Assembly (NCBI GenBank): GCA_020891255.1
Contig: BQFW01000009.1
Location: 248,001 to 312,000, forward strand
DNA: 64,000 nt
DNA from: Entomortierella parvispora E1425
Lineage: Eukaryota; Fungi; Mortierellomycota
Direction: 5' to 3'
Shown piece after piece: positions 1 to 11,500 of the stretch. Positions within the stretch are counted from its first letter, which is position 1. Each line of letters opens with the position of its first letter. Below the pieces are notes generated by a model. That model ran no database searches. It saw nothing but the letters and a program-made list of their open reading frames with translations, and was not told where the DNA came from. The translations under genes were made by a program, and so were the position numbers.

Positions 1-1460
1 GCCAACACTGTCACCTCCCTCTCGGTGGTTGTATTTTGCAGGCTCCGATACTGATGATGTTAGAGATGATGCCGTTGAGGAGGCAGATGTCCCTCTTTTG
101 ACCCTGCTCTTGTCTGGTGACATTCGGAGTAATGCCTCGCGTCCTGCTAATATTCTTGCCTCACGGGTTGTTAAGGGGGTGGTAGGTGTCATCAGGCTCG
201 CAGATCCAGGAGATGACACGTTGATGTTGTTCTGGTCTACAGTAGAATGTACGCACCCTTGCTGCTGCTGCTGTGTATCTGCGAACTCTTTGCGGACGGT
301 CATTGGTGAAGGAACTGCACTTTGAACACTGTTAATTTCCTTGACCTCAATCGGTGGAGACAAAGGTGCTAGATCCCAACTCGGCAAATCCAGACAGCTT
401 AAGCTTGCGGGCCGTTGAGTGTCCCGACGTGAAGCCGCAGCTGCTTCTGCCGCGGCTGCCAACCCGGAACCAGATGTGACAAGACTGAGTCTCTTCCTGG
501 GATCAGATGCCCCGATTTGTTCCTTTAACCGTGCCTGCTCCTCATTTGGTTTACCAGGTTGCATTACAAGTCGGACTTCCTGCCCAGTAAATGAATCGTC
601 ATCGCTGCGATCTGTCGACAAGACCTGCACCATCGTATCCGTGTCCTCGTCAAGAGAAACATCTCTTATTTCAAGCGAAGGTGATCTCTCAAGTATAACT
701 GCGTTTTGAGGAATAACGTGGCTGGACGCATTAAATTGAGTCGAATCTGAAGAGCTCCTTTCATCAAGCTTTGACAGCCCATTGAAGGTATGAGATCGAA
801 TCCTCTTCTCCGCACCCCCTTCACCATTTTGTATGGATGTACCATTACCAAGAGTCCAAAGTGAAGTCAGATCGTTGCTTGAAAATGAGAGCTCTAATAA
901 CTTCGGAGCGGACTGACCAATTGAGCGCCGAACTCCCAAGTCTGCAGTGGACTCTTCAGGATTAACTTTAAATCCATCAGAGGCACAGGTGTTGCCTGTC
1001 GTCTGATCTCTCTTCAAAGCTCCCCCAAAACTTTCAAAAAGATCTGTCACGTCAACCTTGATGTTGTCATCATATGACACTTCACGTTGGGCGACATTTG
1101 TCTCCACACCTCCCTGAATGTCCGCGACAAGGGTTATGTCTTGGTTCAGTCCTATTTCTTGCTCTTGTAGTTCCTTGGTCGCCGCAGTCCCTTGGCCCGA
1201 TTGTAGGATGTTGTTTTTTGGCACTCCAGGCGAGATCGGCGATGCCACTGTAGATGAGATGTTTTGCGGTGCTCTTAGTGCACCATGACCACCATTAACG
1301 CCGGGCACCATTGCATCTGCACAAGAGGCGCGGCCTGATCTGTATGATCTTCCAAAGATAGCAGAGGTTGCGGATGTTGGGAGGTTGTGCTGTGAATGGC
1401 GCATCGGCTGGTGAGTTGCTGCTGAACCGCCTTTCCCTTCCTCTAATGATATCAAGGAAC
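1..1460 (-). CDS. Large exon of a multi-exon, Ser/Thr-rich low-complexity hypothetical protein, running off the left edge
   Basis: Manual translation of the minus strand is open from about 1460 to base 1 (…SVSEPAKYNHREGGDSVG). A branch/acceptor-like ctaat…cgtag sits at about 1461. Further small exons are likely up to about 2050. No recognisable domain. Confidence 0.6.
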
Positions 1461-2267
1461 CTACGAAGAAGTTCCAATCCAGATTAGCTTTGTATCGAAT
1501 GAGCTCCTGACTTCATTCTAGCTCCTACCTTGGCTGGCTGTCCAGCTAGTCAGAGACTGTTCTGATCCGTTTCCCCCAACGGGATTGAAGGTAGACACTA
1601 TTAAAGTATCCAGAAAGTAACATATTAAAACGTAAACTCGAGCACCTCTCAACGCAAGGCCTGACTCTATCTTCTCCTCATACGTTCACCCTCGATTTGA
1701 TCAATCAACTGCTGAAGGACAGAAGAATCTTCTAAAGGAGTATAAATGGATTTACGTGAGCCGATGCAATAGCATTCCACTCTGGACATTCAAGTCAATG
1801 CTACATTCATACCTTCTGTCGCCATGGGGTTTCTGCGTGAGTTGCTTTGTACTCTGTTTGGAAAGGTGGGAGAATATCAAAAGGCGTGAAAGAGAAAGCG
1901 GCATTTTTTTTTGTTTTACTTGGGCGACATGACACCACGTCGCAAGGCGTCTGACCTGCAGCGCTTCTCCCCCTTTTTCTATATGTGATTCCACCTTCCA
2001 AACTTCTCCTGGCTGCCAGGACAAACGCAGACACTCGCTCCACTGCAGGAACGTAAAGAGCGGTGATTTTAAAACGCGAGAAATGCGTATCGAAGGGTGG
2101 CCTTCAACAGCCGTGCGCAATGTGCCGAACACGCGGAAATATGGTGATACGTTCTCTTGGCGACTCTGGAGACTCTGCCAGCAAAGGAGTATTCCGCAGG
2201 TCAAAGCAACCCTTGGCAAAAACAAAAAATGCGCTTGCCATCTTCCCCACTAAAAATAAACAATAAT

Positions 2268-2341
2268 CGCTCCCGGGTGGGCTTGAACCACCAACCTCCT
2301 GATTAACAGTCAGACGCGCTAACCAATTGCGCCACGGAAGC
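2268..2341 (-). tRNA. tRNA-Asn (GTT), intronless
   Basis: The reverse complement folds into a cloverleaf: GCTTCCG/CGGGAGC acceptor stem, GCGC D stem, TCTGA-CTGTTAA-TCAGG anticodon arm, GGTGG-TTCAAGC-CCACC T arm. Confidence 0.97.
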
Positions 2342-2465
2342 AACCTCATCCTTGTTGTGATTGGTTGTCCATAGATTCCGGCGGTCAGTCCTATAGCTGA
2401 GGCCCTTCAACTCACGTGACCAGACTCGCAGTCGCGTCCCCTTAGTCCCCTGGCAGTGCGCCCGC

Positions 2466-2674
2466 ATGGGGAAGATCCATTTTTTGTAACATTCTACTCT
2501 TCTTTATTACACGGTGACGAGCCGTGGCATTTGTTGCGCGGGGATCCGGGGTCTTTGTTCGTCTGGACCACGCGGCTTTGCTCAGGTTGTAGATAGTTTG
2601 GTATCGCACTTCACTTCTTTGGCTCGACATAGCAAATAAAATGTTGCAAAAAAAAAAAAAAAAAAAAAAAAAAA
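2466..2674 (+). mobile_element. Non-LTR retrotransposon family 1, copy 1 (5'-truncated: end of ORF, 3' UTR, A27)
   Basis: Nearly identical to 3533-3738, ends in poly(A), 18-bp TSD. Confidence 0.9.
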
Positions 2675-2692
2675 CCCTGGCAGTGCGCCCGC

Positions 2693-3738
2693 GGGGACAC
2701 GTCTCGACGCACACAGCACATCAAAAAACTCCATGGGATGCTTCCGACACTCACAGTCATGCAGGCGCGACACCCAGATATGTACGCAGACGCACTCTGT
2801 TGCCTGTGTCGTGCAGCCCCAGAGGACAACGACCATGTGTGGACTTGTCCAAACTCATACAATCAACAACAACTGATTTGGGCGGATGCGGTGGCTTCAA
2901 TACCAAAGTGGGGCAGGGCCGCTATCAGGAAAGCCAATGAGGACGCTGACACCAGACATCGCAAGCAACAAGCCCGCACACCCAACGTTGCAGCCCCGAA
3001 ACGACTCCAATGGTACCAACCATCGGACACGCTCTTGTGGGCATCACTTTACTCTGCTTTTCATGACCTGTCAGCCTTCCGACCCCCTGAGCAGGGACAG
3101 CTCAAAGCTCCGTTGGCATCGGCTTGTTCTGTCGTCACTGCTTACCAAGGACTGCTCCATTCGGCTCTGATCGAGGCCTGGAGGCCAATTATTAAAGGCC
3201 CTCGCTCTGTCGTGGTCGCCGTTGCTCATCAGTTTATTCGTCGTCTGGACAGGGATGCCTTAGCTCGGCTCTGGAAGACGCGCTGCGAAGTGACTATTGC
3301 ATGGGAGAAGACACAAGGTATCCGCCCCAAGATGAAGAAGCAAGCCCAGACTGGGCAACCGTGGAACAATGCCTCTGGTACGATCTTACCACCGGACACT
3401 TGCCAATGCGGAAAGCCTAACACCGACCACCATCAAGGCCTCTGCCCTGGTGCCCAAGACAATCCCACGCTGGCCGACCAGCGCTTACTGGCTTGTGTGC
3501 GTGGCCAGGTTCACTTATCGACATTAGAAAAGATGGGGAAGATCCATTTTTTGTAACATTTTACTCTTCTTTATTACACGGTGACGAGCCGTGGCATTTG
3601 TTGCGCGGGGATCCGGGGTCTTTGTTCGTCTGGACCACGCGGCTTTGCTCAGGTTGTAGATAGTTTGGTATCGCACTTCACTTCTTTGGCTCGACATAGC
3701 AAATAAAATGTTGCAAAAAAAAAAAAAAAAAAAAAAAA
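2693..3738 (+). mobile_element. Non-LTR retrotransposon family 1, copy 2 (about 1.05 kb; C-terminal zinc-binding region of ORF2, 3' UTR, A24)
   Basis: ORF 2738-3556 carries C-x2-C…H-x3-C (CCLCRAAPEDNDHVWTC), typical of the post-RT domain of LINEs. Poly(A) tail and 16-bp TSD. Confidence 0.9.
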
Positions 3739-3750
3739 CCCTGGCAGTGC

Positions 3751-4048
3751 GCCCTGGTGCCCAAGACAATCCCACGCTGGCCGACCAGCGCTTACTGGCT
3801 TGTGTGCGTGGCCAGGTTCACTTATCGACATTAGAAAAGATGGGGAAGATCCATTTTTTGTAACATTTTACTCTTCTTTATTACACGGTGACGAGCCGTG
3901 GCATTTGTTGCGCGGGGATCCGGGGTCTTTTGTTCGTCTGGACCACGCGGCTTTGCTCAGGTTGTAGATAGTTTGGTCTAGCACTTCACTTCTTTGGCTC
4001 GACATAGCAAATAAAATGTTGCAAAAAAAAAAAAAAAAAAAAAAAAAA
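3751..4048 (+). mobile_element. Non-LTR retrotransposon family 1, copy 3 (about 300 bp, A26)
   Basis: Repeats about 3443-3738 of copy 2 with a few variants. 11-bp TSD cctggcagtgc. Confidence 0.9.
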
Positions 4049-4061
4049 CCTGGCAGTGCTC

Positions 4062-4135
4062 TTTTTTTGCAACATTTTATTTGCTATGTCGAGCCAAAGA
4101 AGTGAAGTGCTAGACCAAACTATCTACAACCTGAG
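4062..4135 (-). mobile_element. Inverted 74-bp 3' end of family 1 (T7 plus reverse-complemented 3' UTR)
   Basis: Exact reverse complement of 3956-4029. Confidence 0.85.
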
Positions 4136-5641
4136 TGCTCCATTTTTGGCGACAGTGGTGGCAGAACGGAACGGCACGTCAAGTGGGTCAAAGGACATGC
4201 TGGGAACATAAGCAACAACATGGTAGATATTGTAGCAAAGGCGGGACATACCAAGGACGCTTCGGACATGGACCCCGCGGTGCACACAGACATGAAGTGC
4301 CATGCAATTTTCAAGGGACGACTGGTAGAAGACGACCTGCGACAAGTACTGAAGAAACAATCAGTGGCAAGGACACACCTCAGATGGGCAAACCAGCGCA
4401 GAACAAAGGCAATGGTTCCAGAATGGGAATTTGTTGAGTGGCAAACAACAATTGCTATCGTTCACAACGGCTCCACACCGAGAAGCTTGTTCACAAGCAA
4501 CTGGGACTGCACGAAACGGGCACATAGGATAAAGAAGCTGCATGGCATGTTGCCTACGCAAAATACATGCACAACTGGCGACCGGATCTGTATGAGGACG
4601 ACTACTGCCGAGTCTGTGAATCCAATGTGGAGGACACAAACCATATATGGAGGTGCCCAGAAACGCTGACGAGTCAATGCGAAGGTTGGGAAGAGACAAT
4701 GAAATTGGTGACCAGCCTTGGCAAGAAACTGTGGGAGCGAGCGAAGGAAAGCTGGGAGAGCGAGAAGAAGAAAGCAGAGGAAGAAGGCAAGGAATTCAAG
4801 AAGAAGGAACCGACGTTTTCGGACGAGACTACGGATGGCTTTTGGACGATGCTGATGGATTTTTTCCGAGGAGCAAGAAACATCAAGGCACAAAACCTAT
4901 TGGACGACGATATGGAAAGAGAGGAGGTGGCCGATCACGGATCACTCGCATGGCGACAATGGACGGTCATCGACGCCTACCACGGATTGGCGCCACTTTT
5001 CCTGAAAGGCAAGATCAAGACACTGTTCTGCACGACCCAAGAGATCGCGAGCATCATGGCGGACGGTTTTATCAAAGGCATCGAGGACTACGACCGAACA
5101 GGGATTTGGAATCCACGTTGCAAAAAGACTGTGGACTGGGAGAAGTCTATCGGGGTTACTGGTGTGAGCAAGCGTACCAGGCCTGGAGAACCGGGTACCC
5201 GTGCTGGCGGACACGGAGGTAGCAACAGTAACTTTGGTAACTTTAACCGGGACAGGTTTGATGTGACAAGGATGAAGAGACTCCACAAGGCTGCGGACAA
5301 AGATATCTTAGATGAATACCAAGGAAAGCGCGTGTTGAACGTCATGGAAAGAACAGGGTGAGTGAAGTACTTCTTGGAGAAGGATCTCGGAAACTAGTGA
5401 CGAACGAGCATGAAAGGCCACAGAGGGGACTGGGCCTGGCCTTGCTATAGCAAGCCAGAAGCTCCCTCTCTTTGGTCGCGGTGTTACGAAACCAGGGTGC
5501 ATGGGCCGTCATAGACGGGTTGTTTTAGTCAGCTTCCCTTGGGTGGAGCAGGCGCGTGAGCGTGTGTGTACTTACAATTAGCAGACAATGAACCCCGCGC
5601 CTGTGAGGCACCACTTGACAAGAAAAGAAAAGATAAAAAAA
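4136..5641 (+). mobile_element. Non-LTR retrotransposon family 2, 5'-truncated and frameshifted (RNase H C-terminus plus zinc-binding domain)
   Basis: WVKGHAGNISNNMVDIVAKAG (RNase H end motif) at about 4187-4245. HGMLPT…RPDLYEDDYCRVCESNVEDTNHIWRC is split over ORFs 4220-4669 and 4567-5361. A-rich tract at 5620-5641; the 3' end is approximate. Confidence 0.8.
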
Positions 5642-5694
5642 CTGGAGGAGAAAGGCCCTTGTCAATATCCAGCTAGGAGCGACTCACCAAACGA

Positions 5695-5960
5695 CACCTC
5701 AAGCACGGTCGTGGTCGCAGTTGCTTATCAGCAGGGATGTTCTTGCACGTCTCTGGAAGACACGCTGCGCGAAGTTACTACTGCACGGGAGAAGACTCAA
5801 GCCGTCCCAAGACGAAGCCAGCACAGCGGGGTCAACCGCAGAACAACGCCTCTGGTACGATCCTACCACCAAACACCTGCCAATGCGGCAAGCCACACTC
5901 CTGTCCCGGCGCCCCAAGGCGATCCCAAGCTGCTAGACTAGCGTGTACTGGCCTGTAATG
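5695..5960 (+). mobile_element. Decayed older copy related to non-LTR family 1
   Basis: Frameshifted matches to the copy 2 ORF (RD.LARLWKTRC, NNASGTILPP.TCQCGKP). Confidence 0.8.
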
Positions 5961-6096
5961 CGTTCAGACGTTCCAAGCATGCTCGAAGCAACGAAAGCCA
6001 GATTTATTCTCAACGAACGTCTCTTCGGTGGACCTTGCAATAGCTGCAATGGCCTTTTATTGTATCTAATAACGTTAGTAGATAAATAGATGAAAT

Positions 6097-7667
6097 CTAT
6101 GACTTGTAAATAAAGTCTACAATCTGCTCCTTGGCTTTCTTTGGGTCAGTGGAGATACTAAACAAGGGCATTCAAATGATGTCAGAAAGTGCAGTAAAAA
6201 TATAAAACCCCTGTTTACAACTGAAAACTTACTTTTTAAGCTTGATATCAAAGCCATTTTCACCATTAGGTTCAAAGAACCGAGAAACGTGGGCCTCTTT
6301 CTGCGCATCGCGTTCCTTCGACCGGACACGCTGAGCATCCTCTACTTTGCTCTTTTCTTCTGTTGCTAAATCCTGATTGTTGGCTCTAAGAGCGGCTGTC
6401 AACTTGCTCCACAGGCGGCGTGATTCGTTTTCTTCCTGTTCGCATTCCGGTGCGATGATTTTTGGGTGAATTTTTGCTGTTTTGGCGTCAAAGAAGACGT
6501 CCTTGACCCCCTGTATATGAGAGGATCATATGTAAGTATATTGCTTACAGGCATATTGTACTTATCAATAATGTCGAGATCCCTTGCCTTCTTTGTGATG
6601 AAAATCTCATCAGACCATTTTCCTGAGATGTCATACAGGACTTCCCCGGTAGAGATACGCTTGATCTTTCCTGCAATACTGTTGTATGACCCAGTGAAGT
6701 ATCCCTGTTACGTAGCTCAGTGACGTTAGAAAGAATGCTTACATGCATGCAGCAAAGGATAGTTGACGCTGCCATTATTCTATGTTTTTAAAAAAAATCA
6801 GTTTTTACCTTGACCTTAAACTCCAGCGAACACACCAGATCTAACTCTGGGCATTTGACGGCCGCCACATCTCCCAGTTCCATGAGCATTGTGCCGAACA
6901 GAATCCCACGCGCGTAGACGTTTGGCATTGTGATGGCATAGGTCTCGCCAGGTCGGTTCGTAAATGAGACCTTGATTTCTCCCTGCATCAAAGTCGCAGC
7001 GCTATTTCCCAAGAATTTTGACTTTGGCATCAAATCGCCAACAATGCTCAGGTGGTTCTCAGGACTGGCGTAGTAGTACACCGAGATGGGCGGATGATGC
7101 GACACTTGCTCTGCAACGTAAAAGGCTTCTGTGCCATCCGCAAACGTCCATTTTGAGCGAAAGTGTTCTCCAAGGATTGGATTATAGGGCTTTTTGACAC
7201 CCTATGGGGCAAAAGTATGAAAGATTGCAAACTGAGTCCTTCGTTCAAACTATTTTTTAGTTGGCCAACATGCAACATACCAGCATACCTTTGGTTTGAT
7301 ATGCCATCCGGAAAGGAAGTAGCGAGTTACTGCTACAAACCGTTCCACGGGGTCGTCCAATTGATTGGCTCTTGAGAGAAGTAGACAAGTGCGTAAAGTC
7401 AGTTAATACGTGAGGACGAAAAGTCAATGATGAAAGGTAAAAGCGGTTGAATGCGTACTTGTTAATGATGTCAGGATGGGACATGAAGTCGGTAATGCGC
7501 TCCAACATACTCCTAGGCTCCAGAACAAAGGTTGGAAGGGTAACCCTGTGCAGGTCCCCACCTTTGCTAAGCTGGGAGATGATGCCCATGAGGATGCTGC
7601 GGTTGCCTTCGTCGACCACCTCGGTGTCGTCGCCCTCGACGGGGATGGTTTTTGTAGGATCAGCCAT
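6097..7667 (-). CDS. OSH7: Oxysterol-binding protein, Osh6/Osh7-like (about 6 exons)
   Basis: EQVSHHPP signature, KKPYNPILGE, and N-terminal SILMGIISQLSKGGDLHRVTLPTFVLEPRSMLERIT. ATG at 7667, GT-AG introns (e.g. 7458-7371), stop TAG at 6099-6097. OSH6 vs OSH7 cannot be resolved. Confidence 0.92.
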
Positions 7668-8517
7668 TTGATTGTTGATGGAATGGACGCGTGCGATGAT
7701 GTGATGATGGAGGGAGAAGAGAGAGAAAGAGATTGGATCCCGCGGAACAAGTGAACGTGAGCGTTTGCCTTTTTTTTTTTTTTTTTTTTTTTTTTCACTT
7801 TTTTGTTTTTCTCTTGTGTGAGTGTTCGCCTCTGGGTCAGCCCCCCTGTCGCATGGTCCAGGGTGACCAAGGTGGAGGAAGGGCGGTCGGGCAAGAGGCT
7901 GGTCAGCGGACGGACAGGCAGACAAGCATGGCAGACAGCCTCGACAGACAGGAGGTAGACAAGGCGGACAAGATACAGACAGGTGCCAAGACAAACAACA
8001 AAGAGACAAAGATCGATCTGAGCTGTGCTGAGTCGAAGCTGTGTCGCAGGCTCGGCCCTGCGTGCGCGTGGAGGGAGGGGAGAGAGGGAGAGACGGTGTT
8101 GGGGAATTGGGGGGGACTGGTGACTGGCGGACGGGGGACTGGGGACGGAGGGACAGGAACACAGATTGAGTTTGGCCAGAGGCAGTCGAGTCATTTTTGC
8201 ACATCGCCGCTCTCTGGTGGAGGCGTGTGATGTGCCTGCAATCCATTCCTTAAGGGTTCGTAGATCTTATCTTGTGCCATCCAGCCCAGACTGACTGATC
8301 GTGATGATTCCGTCAAAGATACCTTTTAAAAGAAGGAACTTCTCCTGTTTTTCCTTTTTTTCTTTTCTTCTTCACCAAACACCCTCGTGCCCCACTTCCC
8401 CCTCTTTCCTCCCGGACTGATCGATATACGACCAAGTATCATCTTTCCCACCTAGGAACCAACAAATTTCTCCCCTCCCCCCGTTCGACCAAAGCGGCAG
8501 TATCCACTCTCCTCAGC

Positions 8518-11500
8518 ATGTACAAGCAACTCTACACCAAAACACCCAAAGCGCTCCCTGGGAAATCCTCCTCCGCTTTGCTCTCCAGCTCGCTCCTCTC
8601 TTCGACGCGCCGCCTTGGTGCCAACGGTGCTGCAGGCAATGTCGTTCCTTTGCTCTCTACTCGTGCCTTGCACACCACAGGAGCCACTGGATCGCGCACT
8701 CCAATCCTGGCTTCGCTTTCGGCTGTGGGCCGATCTTCAAAGCCATTGAGCCTGAACCACACTGGCCTCAAATGCCTTTCAATGGTGCAGACTCGCTGGT
8801 TTTCACAGACCTTGGAGGCCCGTCAGAATCAAGGATCTGGTCAGCAATTGTCCTCTACCAAGAAGCTGGTCTCGGAGGCTATTCTCGCAGATGTTCCCCT
8901 TGTCGACGTCAAAAAAGTCCTAGTCGTCGGCTCTGGTGGATTGACGATTGGACAGGCAGGAGAGTTTGACTACTCAGGTATGATATTCGTGAACCAGCTG
9001 CACACGGGCTGATCGGCACTCCCCAACGACACCTTGTACATCTAATGCACAGTCACACTGACAGCCGCCAACTATCGTTTTTTTTGTTTCCTTCGACAGG
9101 TTCCCAGGCGATCAAAGCTCTCAAAGAGTCAAACATCAATACTGTCCTTGTGAACCCAAACATCGCTACCATTCAGACCTCTCACGCTCTTGCAGACACG
9201 GTCTACTTTCTCCCTGTTACTCCTGAGTACCTGGAGTACATCATTGAGCGCGAGCGTCCTGACGGCATTCTCTTGACCTTTGGTGGCCAGACTGCCCTGA
9301 ACTGTGGAATCCAACTAGATAAGATGGGAATCTTCGATCGCCTTAATGTTAAGGTCCTGGGAACGCCTATCAGGACTCTTCTAGTCAGTGAGGATCGTGA
9401 TCTATTCGCCAAAGCTCTGAATGGTAATTTGGTTAGCGTGCACAGTGCTCCTTCTAAGCTGTTAATTTTTTTTGCAGCGTGTGCTTACCCCTACTCCTAT
9501 CTTTTCTCTAGAAATTGACATTCCTGTGGCTCAGTCCGTCGCCGTGGATAATATGAAAGATGCGTTGGCAGCTGCAGATAATATTGGCTATCCTGTCATT
9601 ATCCGATCTGCGTTTTCCCTTGGAGGCTTGGGATCAGGCTTTGCTAATAACGCTGCTGAATTGACGGCACTTGGCACAAAGTCTTTGACCCTTTCTCCTC
9701 AGATTCTTGTCGAAAAGTCCATGAAGGGCTGGAAGGAGGTTGAGTACGAAGTTGTCCGCGATGCCGCCAATAACTGTATCACAGTTTGCAACATGGAGAA
9801 CTTCGATCCTCTTGGAACGCACACCGGTGATTCTATCGTCGTCGCACCCTCTCAAACTCTAAGTGATGAAGAGTACCATATGCTTCGCACGGCTGCCATC
9901 AAGATCATTCGCCACCTGGGCGTTGTGGGAGAATGCAATGTTCAGTATGCACTTCATCCTGAAAGCTTGGAATACAAGGTCATTGAGGTTAACGCCCGTT
10001 TGAGTCGCTCAAGGTACTTAGCTCACTATGCTTTACTTGAAGATGTGCCTGCCTCAGCGTGATACCCATTCCTGACAAATTTTTCATCTTTATAGTGCCT
10101 TGGCATCAAAGGCTACCGGATATCCTCTGGCATTCATCGCCGCCAAGATCGCTCTTGGTCATACTCTGCCTAATCTTCGTAACTCTGTTACGAAGACCAC
10201 CACTGCATGCTTTGAGCCTTCTCTCGACTACATTGTCACAAAGATTCCCCGCTGGGATCTGGCAAAGTTCCAACATGTGTCGCGAGAGATAGGATCCTCC
10301 ATGAAATCCGTAGGCGAGGTTATGGCCATTGGGCGGACGTTCGAGGAGTCATTCCAGAAAGCTATCCGTCAAGTTGACCCTCAGTTCAAGGGCTTCCAGG
10401 CTTTGGAGTTTGCCGATGTGGATAAGGTCTTGGCGAACCCTACAGACCGTCGTTTGTTTGCCATTGGTGACGCCATGCTTAACAAAGGGTACTCTGTCGA
10501 CAAGGTTCATGACATCACAAAGGTCGACAAATGGTTCCTTCACAAGTTGTCCAACATTGTAGCAGTCCACCACGAACTTGGCAAGTTCAATGCTACGAAT
10601 TTGCCTTTCGAGCTGCTTCATGAAGCCAAGCGCAAGGGATTTGCGGATGCACAAATTGCTGGTCTTCTGGGCAAGAAATCTACCGAGGATGTTATCCGTA
10701 CCACTCGCAAGCAGATGGGTATCACTCCTTTCGTCAAGCGCATCGACACTTTGGCAGCAGAGTTCCCCGCGGATACCAACTATCTCTACACCACGTACAA
10801 TGCGTCATCGCATGATGTAGACTTCACCGATAAGGGAACCATGGTACTCGGATCTGGAGTCTACAGGATCGGTTCTTCAGTTGAATTTGACTGGTGCGGT
10901 GTCTCTTGCATTCGTGCTCTTCGAGAACTTGGAAAGAAGACCGTCATGGTGAATTACAACCCAGAGACTGTCTCTACCGATTTTGACGAGTGCGATCGCC
11001 TGTATTTCGAAGAGCTCTCATACGAGCGCGTTATGGATATCTACGAGCAGGAGCATGCCCAAGGAGTGGTCGTTTCTGTAGGAGGGCAGCTTCCTCAAAA
11101 TATTGCTCTTCGTCTACACGAGAATAATGCTAAGGTGCTGGGAACATCTCCTGTTATGATCGACGCAGCCGAGGACCGCTACAAGTTTAGCAAGATTCTG
11201 GACACGATTGGTGTCGATCAGCCCGAGTGGAAAGAGTTGACCTCACTGGACCAGGCATCTCAATTTGCTGACCAAGTTGGCTACCCTGTTTTGATTCGAC
11301 CTTCTTACGTTCTCTCTGGTGCGGCAATGAATGTAGCTCATACTCCAGAGGCTCTTCATCAGTGCCTTACACTTGCTGCAAACGTATCGCCTCTTCATCC
11401 TGTGGTTATCACCAAGTTCATTGCAGGCGCGCAGGAGATCGACATTGACGCAGTGGCTCACGAGGGCAATTTGATTGTTCATGCTATTTCCGAGCATGTT

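Larger units (their letters stand above)
2448..4059 (+). repeat. Four copies of the target sequence (c)cctggcagtgc(gccc)(gc) at 2448-2465, 2675-2692, 3739-3754 and 4049-4059, acting as serial TSDs
   Basis: The motif precedes the first insert and directly follows each of the three poly(A) tails. Confidence 0.93.

Noticed and set aside
8184-8194. Gcn4/Cpc1-like site (cgagtcat) upstream of CPA2
   Set aside because: It is an imperfect single match, expected by chance.
7257-8246. 329-aa and 256-aa minus-strand ORFs
   Set aside because: They run through the Osh 5' UTR and T-tract from non-ATG or upstream starts and into intron 1. The real start is ATG 7667.
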